From Acanthaster planci (lineage: Eukaryota), in assembly GCF_001949145.1 (NCBI RefSeq), contig NW_019091356.1:909492-929491 (forward strand): a stretch of DNA of 20,000 bases, written 5' to 3'. Both the position numbers and the translations under genes were made by a program. The number at the start of each line of letters is the position of its first letter. Positions within the stretch are counted from its first letter, which is position 1. Shown here one piece after another: positions 1-20,000 of the stretch. The notes beneath the pieces were generated by a model. That model did no database searches and was not told the origin of the DNA. It worked only from the letters and a program-made list of their open reading frames with translations.

Positions 1-517
1 TTTTTTTTTTTTGAGGGGTGGGGAAGAGACTTGGCTCATTTTGAAAATTCAGGAGAAATGGTGGCAAAATGACCCAAGTTGTGCCAGATTGAAAAAAATG
101 TGAAAGAAAATTCGTGGAACGATGGTGATTGACTTATGAGTGAGAAACAGAAATGCAAATTTTGTGGTTGAAAGAAATTGCTGATGCTCTTTGCCTCAGT
201 TTTCAGACCTCATCGCATACACAAGCTAAATCAGTGCGGTGTCCCTTGTACATACAATTAACCTTTGTGTTAGTCTAAATATGACCCTGGCGATTGTTTG
301 TCATGTTTTGTCCAACCTAAGCCTTGTAGAGAGCGAACCTCTTACAAGGATTACATATTGATCCACGGTGGTATTGAGTTTCCATGTTTGCAGACAGAAT
401 GTGTTATGGTGTCTACTTGTACAGTTAATGTTCCTCGACTCTGACATCCACTGCATTCTAAACATATCTCATGGATACAGTTCATGGGCTACTTTTATTA
501 AGGATTTGTTTTCTTAG

Positions 518-568
518 GTTATAATGGAGTCAGATGAGCGTCTGCCGTTTGAATATGTGTAAGTGACG
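518..568 (+). other. Candidate upstream (5' UTR) exon of coronin with uORF MESDERLPFEYV* (524..562)
   Basis: tttgttttcttAG acceptor ends 517; donors GTAAGT at 559 and ACG|GTGAGT at 569; ATG in ATAATGG context. Confidence 0.4.
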
Positions 569-1433
569 GTGAGTTTATTTCACATGTAAGATTTGACTTT
601 GGCAAGCATCACACAGGCAGGTAGCCAACAATTCATTTGCTTAATTTCAGTGGGGAACCAGCCACAGGCAATGTGAATGGAACAGCAGTTTTGGCCCGAA
701 ACCCTTTTTCTTTGGCTAAATCTGTAATTTCTTTGCCCAACCATTTTCTCTGCTTGACAGCTTCATGTTTACCTTCACATTGCGAAGGAGGTACTGTCGC
801 ATCAAAATGACTTGGCTACGCCTTAAATAATTGGCATACATGTACATGGAAGCCATTGGCTAGCGCTTAGTCGTAGCCATGTAACACAAATGCGACCTTT
901 GCTTGGTTGAGTAGATGAGAGAGCACTCTCGGCCTTTCTTGCATGGACCCTGTGCATCTACATCAGCCAAAGGATTTGGACTCTGTCCGTTTCCAGCCTG
1001 CTGTTAAAATAATTAATGTTTCAGTTCAAAAATGTTGCCAACCACTTGACCAGTAAGAAACACAATACCACATGTCACAGTATTGTACGGTACCAGATCA
1101 CAACTTGCTTTACTCTGGTGATTCATGGCTTTCATGCATTTCCCAAGCAAACCAGCAAATCCTTGAGAGATTGGTCAAGTTCAAGTTGGAGATTGATTTT
1201 GTTTTTCAAATCTTTGGTCTGTTGCTGTAAAATGGCCAAATGTTGCCTTTTTGTACGTGTGTTTCTGCTCCTGCTGCTGATTTCAAGATTAATCATGATG
1301 GTGCATGTTATCACGAAGTTCTTGATTCAGTTAGATTTCCAGGACTTTCTGCTTTCAAGTGCCCCTCAGTTTTCTATTTGTTTGTCGTAACTGTTCTAAT
1401 GCATCTTGCATGTTATCCTTGTGTCTCCAGGAC

Positions 1434-11893
<10,460 letters not shown>

Positions 11894-12290
11894 GGTCTAT
11901 CTTAAGTCTCTCCCATGTGGCAGGCCACCAAGAGAGGGCGCCATATAGTTTGGCCAGTCTCGAAAGAGTGCCCATCATCCCAAACGTCTTTTTATTGTGT
12001 ACAGAGTACAAATACAAAGAATGTACAGTGTCTTCTGTGGCCATACAGTCATTATTTGGAATATTGCTGAAAGTGACGGCCAAATCAGTTGAAATATTGT
12101 CTGACGGTCAAGTGGACTTGGCCGAGAATAATTTGAGGCCTTTCTCTCGGCTGGCAAAACTCGGATTCCAGCTTTGAAAGTAAGCGTGTTTATTTGGTGC
12201 CTGATAGTTAAAGCAGGATATAAGTTTCCTTGTGTTGTCGTTTGTAAATTTCTGGCTTTTGACAGAGCTGAACGCATTTAATCTTTGACA

Positions 12291-12377
12291 TCCTTGGGAC
12301 CTTTCATAGAGCGTTCTAAGCAGTGAAATAATGCTTACTTGGGCAGATATCTGCTTAGCTGTAAAAGGCTCCAAGGA
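12291..12377. repeat. Short inverted-repeat element (probable decayed MITE) in the coronin 3' UTR
   Basis: tccttgggac...gctccaagga termini with an internal perfect CTAAGCAG/CTGCTTAG pair. Confidence 0.45.
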
Positions 12378-13755
12378 AAAGAAGATAGGATCACGAGAAG
12401 GTCAAAAGTTGAGGATTTGAGTTTTCAGAGAATGAGTTTGCTTAGATGAAGAAAATGCCAATCTTATGGCCGTCTTATTTCTCAACTTGAATCACCTTCC
12501 AAATTAACGAGAAGTCAATTTACATTTTTTTCTTTCAGGAAAGTGTAACATTAGGGAGCTTTGTTGTCAAAATCATAGGTTTTATTATGTTGAAGTAAAA
12601 AATTTCTGTAATGCCTACTTAAAAGGAAATTTATGTCTGATAAGTTGTAGTAAATGCTAGTATGTGTATAAATGATGCACAGGTCAAAGGTCATTTGCCT
12701 CTCAGAATAGGAAGAACATGGATTTAATTTTTTTTCTGTCAAAGCTCAGTTATGTGATTGAGTTGAGCAAATTCCTCAAGATAATAGGACCAAATTTGTA
12801 TTATTTGGGAAGTTATGTCTTTTTCAAAAACATTGTGGAACTGATGTTCACATATTTCCCCAGGTTTTTTTAATCCTTTTATGTAGGCAGACTTTACACG
12901 TCAGATTACATTGGATTCAGCAGGTTTTTCATTGACTTTTTGTTGGCTGGAGTAAAATATAGGAGTTTTCCTGGTGAAATCCTTAAGAGTGTTGGGCTTG
13001 AGACAAGTAAGTACCCGTAGGTACCGGTTAGGAACAGCTTGAGCAAGTCTTTTTTCTTCTGAAATGTTACACTATAACTGGGACATCTAGGATTGGGGGG
13101 GGGATGGCAGGGGAAATATGAAGGGACAGTGTCAGTAAAAAGGTTTCCCACCTCTACATGTATGTGGTATTTTCATTTTGATTTGAAATCTTTGATAATT
13201 TAGCGGCACTTCCATGTTTTTTCTATTAGAGATATCTAATGTCTTCATTGACAATTATTTGGAGTGCATCACTCACGGAATGTGAAGAAAAGGCTCCATC
13301 TCTACCTCTAATTTTTTGTCTATGCAATCTGTCTATCTGTCTGTACATCCACAACTTGTTCTCAGAATTCTGTCCTCTCAGTCAATGTTTTGTTGTGAAT
13401 TCTAAAAACATGACTTCCTTTCAATTTTTGGTTGAACCTTAAAGAAACCTGGATTCTTCAGTTAAACATTGAGGCGAACATTTATGATATAAACCATCTG
13501 TTGTTACCAGTGCAAAATTTATGATTGTAGATCGATACCAAAGTGGGGAGTTCATCGACCATAGAAATGACAAAAGTTGCCATTGCATCCTTGGAACTCT
13601 TTTTGGCTCTGTTCAAACCGATTCTCTGACGTTGAACATGTTAACATAAATGTTGCAAGGAGGCATTTGTGAAGCACAGGTTCTTTGTTCGTCAGGCCGC
13701 AGTATAAGTGAAAATTCCCACCTCAGTGGTTTTGATGTCTTTTGTTGTTATTGCT

Positions 13756-13761
13756 AATAAA
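13756..13761 (+). terminator. Probable coronin polyadenylation signal (3' UTR about 1.9 kb)
   Basis: First AATAAA I find after the stop codon, followed by a GT/T-rich element (cctgtttgttttt...gctgttgtgagttt). Confidence 0.7.
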
Positions 13762-13956
13762 AACTTGTAAAATATCCTGTTTGTTTTTAATCTCTGGGTA
13801 GCTGTTGTGAGTTTAGGTGTGAAATAGTTCAAAAAGAACCTTTTCCAGGACTGAAGAACAATACCTGTTTGATCTTCAGACTCCAGTTTTTAAAAATCAT
13901 TGGATTATAGAGGATGTGACTGTTGATTTTTGTATCAGACCTGGCAGGCAGTGTTA

Positions 13957-14197
13957 CCAAAGATCGTATAGCGCTGCGTAGTGGCACAAGATGGGGAACT
14001 TCTGCGTAAAACGTTATCACATGGGCGCCATTCTGGTTGGACTACGCCTGCGCAGTGCATGTTAATGCACAGGTGCAGGCGCCGCCACTGGCATGCACAC
14101 ACAGTAATGTTCACACTCGAATGGCGCCCATGGTGAGAACACCTTTATGGTGGAATTACCCATCTTGCGCTGCTAGGCGGCACTATATAATCTTTGG
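13957..14197. mobile_element. Palindromic MITE-like non-autonomous DNA transposon, about 241 bp
   Basis: Imperfect TIRs of about 45 bp (CCAAAGATcgTATAGcGCtGCgTAGtgGCaCAAGATGGG versus the reverse complement of the right end). Perfect 14-bp inner inverted repeat at 14020-14033 / 14119-14132. TGTTA direct repeat on both flanks (13952-13956, 14198-14202) is a putative TSD. Confidence 0.8.
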
Positions 14198-14287
14198 TGT
14201 TATTGTGTTTTGTGACATGTTATCTGTACTTAATATATATAGGATAGAATGATATTTTTCCATTGCAGGAAAAGGCAATTACTAAAT

Positions 14288-14502
14288 GGGCCCAATTTCT
14301 TGGCTCTGCTGAAAAGTGCTGCTCATTTGATGCTCATGGATCATTCTATGCTTACTGCAGTAGCATGAGAATTCTATGCCAAATATGTAAGCACAGTATC
14401 CCTCTGTTAAGACAGAATTTCATTCTATGAAAAATGGTAGCATTTCTGCTTTAATTAGTAAAGATCCGTCGCTTACAGTCAGCACTGCTTTGAAATTGGC
14501 CC
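14288..14502. mobile_element. Decayed MITE with GGGCCCAATTTC / GAAATTGGCCC termini
   Basis: Terminal inverted repeats, internal repeated ATTCTATG and GCTTAC/GTAAGC motifs, no coding capacity. Confidence 0.6.
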
Positions 14503-17500
14503 TGATTCCCTATTTTAAGTATACATTTGAAATTTTATTGTAAATATAAAGGCTTTACGCGTTGTTGCAAAAACTAATGGCAAAGAATTTGAGGTTGTAT
14601 TTTTTGCTGATAGATGTTCGAAAGATAATTTTAGAGGATTTATTGCAAGACCAGTCAGCTGAGGTTTGTTTTTGAGAAAGAAAACTAAAGGGATGGTTGA
14701 AAAAAGCACTGGCCATAGAGTTATTTTTAAATTAAAAAAAATTCATATAAATTGCTAACATTTTAACAGAGTGAGTGCAGAGGTTTTGTTAGTTTTATTT
14801 TGACAAGTGAGATACATATCTCAACAGCGGAGTGAAAACATGGACCGATACTCAGTTTCTAGTATGGCTTGTTATTAATTTATTTAGGTTTGCTTGTTTT
14901 GAAGATTTTAAGAATTTCCAGTCTTTCAGTTTTTCCAATTACATCCGATGATTTGGGACAGTTGCTTTTTTAAAGACAGTATGCTCAGAGCCACAAAAGA
15001 TTGCTTAATAGCAAAAAAATGTTGTGAAAGCCAAAAGGGTGTGCACAGTGTTGCGTTCTCTGTTGATAGTTAAAATATATGTATGATGGTTTGCTTCACA
15101 ATGTTTCTTTATTAGTTCCATAGCAATCATTCTGCAGTGCAAAAGTACATATGTGCTCATTCATTTAGATAGATGACCAGTCTTTTTGGGTGTGGACTTG
15201 CAAGTCAATCACAGGTTAAATGTGATGTGGCAGTATGGTCCAATACATGCATACAGGTTTAGCTCTGTTTCCTATAGAGGCTTTGCATGGTAGCCGTCTC
15301 ACAGGAGAGTTAAAAATGGTATACAGGTTTCCCTGTGGAACCAAGGGACTGCCCTGCACGATGGCTACCATGCAGAGCCTGTTTGAGGCTCTTGGTTTCA
15401 TTGGAGTAATCACACAGCAAATAACATGATATAAATTTGTTCTTGATATTGGTACAAATTTTCTGTTTTTGCAAATACTGATCAACTTTGTAAAAGGAAA
15501 TCTGGTGATTCCATTCATATGAAATCAGTTTTGTGCTATGAGGTCAGACAAAGGTCAGGAGGTACACAAATTGATGTTACATGAAAAGATCAGATGTGGG
15601 TCATAATCCATTCTGCAGGTTTCAAAAGAAAATGCTTTCTTTCATGTAGGTATAGATATTATAGAGAAAGTAGTAAAATTTATGTTTAATGAGAAAACGT
15701 AGGTCTTTGTATATAATATGAAGTATTATGGATAGGTCACCAAATTGTTATTTGTGCAACAAAAAAGATGTGTGAATGTAAAAGTTAGCATTAGATCAAA
15801 CAATTATGCTTGTATGACAATCATTAAAGGACGCCGTGTTTTTAATGATTGGTCAGTCACACTTGGCTAACTTGTGGTTTTTTCCCTTTCATTTCCTACT
15901 GGTATGGGGAACAGTCCAGAAGCATACATTGGTACGGGTAATGACACTCCATCTTGGCCTGATTGATAGTTTTGTCTGGACCTTAGATTTTTTGGAGAAT
16001 CAACTTTAAAATGTGATGCAGTTTTTAAAGGAATTGAAGTATAAGGGAAAAACGAGAATCGATGAGATTGATGAAATTATTGAATGTATTTGGCATTCAA
16101 CCAAATTAGGAGTTCTCTAAAGTTGATTATAGGAAGAATTTTTAGTTTACGACAAAAACTCTGGAAACTGTCAATGAGAAAGTATGTTTTAAGGTCATCC
16201 TTCCATTTGCCGTGGTTTCTGAATTTTTAAAGAAAAACAAACTTGTGCTAACTTATTACATTCTACTTTACCTCAAAACACATTATTTCACCAAATTGAA
16301 GACCCCAAATCATGGGTTTCTTAAAAATTTATTACAACAGAAGGAACATCTATTGTGTTGACAAGAAAAGTGGGAGTGGCTTAACATCCAAGGGTCACAA
16401 TAGTAATAATGTACATCGTGAATATTCATCAACTTTCAACAGTATAAAGCCTGGCCGCCAGATAACGTTTGGACTTAAAAGCTGATATACTACATACAGG
16501 TACACCATTCAGATGTAAAAACAAGAAATTACAGACGTGATGGAAGCCAGGCTAGTTGTGTTCTCACTTTTCAGAAAGGTCAGAGGAAACGGAACATATT
16601 TAAGATTTTGGTACCATTAGGTTATGCTGCCCTTCATTCAGTTTTTTTTTGGTATGTTGTACAAATGCAAATTTAAAAAAAAAAACCTTGAAAACAAATT
16701 ACATGTACTTCAGAACATAAAACGTGGTTGTGGATTATATGTGGGCATATCTTCTATCCAGGAAAAAAAATGCTGCAGTTTTTTTTATAGAAAACTCGAA
16801 GTCTCACAGATCACGATCTTTGATCTCGCATCAAATTGATTCCTAAGAAACCCATGGTCTCCACTGACAAATTTATATTTTGAACAGTTTTAAAAACCAT
16901 TCATATTCAATCAAACAAAAAGTACTATAACTTGACATTTGACAGCGTGAAGTGGTCCCACATCCTGGTGTCACCAGGACAACAGGAAAATAAAAACCTC
17001 AACTACAAAAATCAACTTTTTTTAAGAACCTCGACTGGCTGATTGTAATTTCATTTGCAAAATACTACCCACTACTTTTTAAACTATCGTTAAAACCAAC
17101 TGCAACCAGTGTTAACATAATTACACAATTTACAAAAATGGAGGAGCTTGGGGTTTTTCTGGCACTGTTCAAACAATGCATATCTTTGGGATCCCGCAAA
17201 AAGGAAAAGCACATGGGAAGATTCATCTGGGTATTTAGAAAGCATGCATAAAACTGCACATATTCCGACCATTACCTGCATTTACTCTGCAGCTTTGAAG
17301 AAAAGAAAAATACCTGACAGCCCCATCTTTGATACAACGTCAAGAATGAACGAGTAAGATGCACTGGACTGGAGCCCCGCGTCCAAGATTTGGAGGGTGC
17401 ACTTTGGAGTTAATGTTTCAGAGAAAATGGTCCTTTCCCCCCATGACCGCGGAAGGGCCTAATAGAAAATCTGATCTTTGGCAGTTTTTGTCAGAGCAGC

Positions 17501-18291
17501 AGCAAGCTTAATGTTCCGCCGTTTCTCTGAAGGGATAAAGCTTCCTAAATGTACAAGAAAATCTTGTTCTGGTATTGGTCAAACCTTCCCTTTACTCTCC
17601 AGGTATTTCCTAAACCATGAAAAGTTAAGGTCAATTTTAATCCTAGTACCAGAAAATGATGACACCTGCAAGGTACATGTACTGGGCTTGTTTCCCAAAC
17701 TTTCCTAAGTTTCTACAAAATGATACAATAGTATCTTGGGTTTTTTTATACAGGCACGCAACTCTGAAGTCTGAAAAGGAAGATCTCCTGTTTTGAAATA
17801 GGTTTGGTAATGGTGAAATTTCCAAGGAAGAAACCTAAACCGATCCTTGGAAAGAAATGTCTGTAAGTGGGTAAACCACCCCAGAAATAAGATGTGAAAC
17901 CACCTGTAATAAACAAGCATTCCTGTGATCAGAGAATACCTTCAGGCGGTGCGTTTTCTACATAATACCAAATCTTCTGCAGACCCTTTGACTAAGGAAG
18001 GCAAATCTAAGAGGAACTGCAACAAAGCCTGCCACTTCAGCTGTACCTACTGACAAAAAAAAGGCCTGGCTTTTCAAAAACATAGTTTTACCCTGGCTAC
18101 AAATGTGCAGATGATACATCAACCCCACAAAGGAACACCAAATACAAGCCGAATTTAAGGCGCTTATTAAATGCTCACCAACTGATTCTGGTGTGAAGAA
18201 GTAACTGGCCTGAATTTCTGACAAATCAACAAATCTCTTGGAAACGCTGCTTCATCAACCCTTCCAAAAGAAGCCACTTAGGCAATATCCA

Positions 18292-18297
18292 TTTATT
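18292..18297 (-). terminator. Probable ANP32 polyadenylation signal (3' UTR about 0.65 kb)
   Basis: TTTATT on + is AATAAA on -; TGTA elements upstream (TGTACA near 18308 and 18367) and a U/GU-rich downstream stretch on the - strand. Confidence 0.6.
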
Positions 18298-18918
18298 TAT
18301 GAAACAATGTACAGTCAAGCCACAGTTTCAGGATAGTACGGAAAAGTTATATCAGTCATTTCAACTGTACAACAAAATTACTTCAGGAAAAAAAAAATCC
18401 CCACCCTAATCCACAATAACAACCCGTTTGAATGTTACTTACACGGAGATGTCACGTTAAATGCAAGCCTTACACAACGCCAACTGTTCCAATCTCTTTG
18501 GTCTCATATAAAAATGTTTACCCAGCCCAACCAAGGTGCTGATTTTTTTTTTTCACTGCTGTTTGGCTACGGGGGAAAGAAAGCCAGACAACGGTTACAA
18601 TCAGCAGAGAAATAAAAACCAACCAAATCACATAAATAAGACTTTAAAATAGACGACCAACAATTGATCAACTTTCTCAAACACATCATTTACTCAAATT
18701 CAAAGTGGCGTCTGTCAGTTGTGGATTTTTTTTTTCTACTGTCCTAGGTGCAAGCCGAACTTGCAAGACCTTTGTCCGGTGGGTAAGCACATTTTCAATT
18801 CGTAAAAAATGGTAGTCACTCAACAATTACCTTGATTTTTAAATTCTGTCTTTGTACAAGTCCAAGTAAGCAATCTCCAAGGGGAAAAAAAATAAAAGAA
18901 TTCAACAAAACAGTCACC

Positions 18919-18932
18919 GTTGCTATGGAAAC
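18919..18932. promoter_or_regulatory. RFX X-box-like motif GTTGCTATGGAAAC
   Basis: 14-bp match to the RFX palindromic consensus; function not shown. Confidence 0.3.
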
Positions 18933-18940
18933 AATTAGTT

Positions 18941-19008
18941 TCAGTCATCATCCTCATCCTCCTCATTGGGGTCTCGTTTCCGCTTCTGTCCCCGTTGCTC
19001 AACCTCAG
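18941..19008 (-). CDS. ANP32: ANP32-family last coding exon: (A)EVEQRGQKRKRDPNEEDEDDD*
   Basis: Acceptor tttttgtttcaattgtaaatcAG, phase 1 matching the upstream exon. RGQKRKR NLS plus acidic end closely matches the ANP32A C-terminus (RGQKRKREPEDEGEDDD). TGA at 18943-18941. Confidence 0.88.
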
Positions 19009-19426
19009 CTGATTTACAATTGAAACAAAAATTGAAGATTACAAATCCAAGACACTAAGATTTGTGTTCAAGTGTATAATACAGTATGCAGGCCGCTAAC
19101 CTTAAATACCTAGTGTGAACAAAAGATGTCCACACGATGCAGGAAAGGAAGACGTTCTGTGGACTTACAGACGTCCACAGGACGTTTCCCCTTCTCTGAA
19201 AAAGAAGTTTAGAGGCATTTTGGGGTTGGGGTCATCGTCGTAAAAGGAAGAGGAATAGTCAAGGAAACCTTGTACAAAAAGCCACCTGAAAATTGTGTTC
19301 CCAGTTCAAGAAAAACGAGTATTTTCACTGAGTTTTCTTAACTGCATGAAAACAAAGGAATGTCCACACTAGGTATGTAAGGTAAGTGTGGGTGCACTAA
19401 CAAAGTCTTGGTTGTTCGGTGTGAAA

Positions 19427-19790
19427 GGTATTGATAGGCATGGTGGGTATTGATGGGTGTGGTGGATATTGTTGGGTTTGGTGGGTATTGTTGAGCGTGG
19501 TGGGTATTGATAGGTAGGGTGGATATTGATGAATGTTGGTGGTTATTGAGAGGTGTGGTAGGTATTGATGGGCGTGGTAGGTATTGATGGTTGTGGTGGG
19601 TATTGATGGTTGTGGTGGGTATTGATGGTTGTGGTGGGTATTGATGGGTGGTAGGTATTGATGGTTGTGGTGAGTATTGATGGTTGTGGTGGGTATTGAT
19701 GGGCGTGGTAGGTATTGATGGGCGTGGTAGGTATTGATGGGCGTGGTAGGTATTGATGGGCATGGTGGGTACTGATAGGCAGGGTGTTGA
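19427..19790. repeat. 19-bp minisatellite, consensus GGTRGGTATTGATGGKYGT, about 19 copies, in the last ANP32 intron
   Basis: Directly visible tandem units; most homogeneous at about 19560-19760 and degenerate toward the edges. Confidence 0.95.
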
Positions 19791-19809
19791 TTAATGGGTG
19801 CAGTCTTAC

Positions 19810-19900
19810 CTTCCACACCATCTTCCTCTTCGTCATCGAGGTCCTCATCTTCGTCCACTTCCCCGTCAGGATTGAAATCATCCTCTTCATCATCGTCATC
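19810..19900 (-). CDS. ANP32: ANP32-family penultimate coding exon, acidic low-complexity region DDDDEEDDFNPDGEVDEDEDLDDEEEDGVE; the gene continues beyond the window
   Basis: Acceptor ttctttgatctctcAG, donor AAG|gtaaga, 91 nt (phase 0 to 1), joins in frame to the exon starting at 19008. Confidence 0.88.
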
Positions 19901-20000
19901 CTGAGAGATCAAAGAATGGGAAAATAATCAAGTGAATCAAGAATTAGAACAAGGAATGAGATGATTTGGGCAAGATCAACGATACCACAGGCAAGCTGCA

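Noticed and set aside
14515..18224. Short ORFs in the intergenic region and a possible extended ANP32 3' UTR (TTTATT at 15108)
   Set aside because: The ORFs lack recognisable products or consistent exon structure; the distal signal lacks a convincing downstream GU-rich element
19427..19790. CRISPR-like array
   Set aside because: Contiguous tandem units with no unique spacers, in a eukaryotic intron
19338..19899. Repetitive ORFs 19338..19763 and 19543..19899 (PSIPTT / INTHHNHQY) as a novel repeat protein
   Set aside because: They are alternative translations of the 19-bp minisatellite; the unit is not a multiple of 3 and the C/A-rich strand simply lacks stop codons

Overview
Eukaryotic (metazoan, AT-rich, intron-rich) genomic DNA with two convergent genes. 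On the + strand is the full coding region of a type II coronin (CORO2A/2B-like): 9 coding exons from 1434 to 11893, about 697 aa. All its introns are phase 0, one is a GC-AG intron, and one 891-nt exon carries an unusually long Ser/Arg-rich unique region. The last intron holds a candidate 27-nt microexon and a second candidate cassette exon or recursive splice site, next to RBFOX/QKI motifs. The 3' UTR probably ends near AATAAA at 13756. On the - strand are the last two coding exons of an ANP32-family gene (acidic tail plus KRKR NLS, stop at 18941), with a 19-bp minisatellite in its last intron. Between the genes lie two MITE-like inverted-repeat elements. Their termini remind me of echinoderm (sea star) repeats, but the organism is not established. 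Most short ORFs in the supplied track are spurious. I found no evidence of a wholly new multi-gene system; the best leads are the splicing architecture and linear motifs of the coronin.
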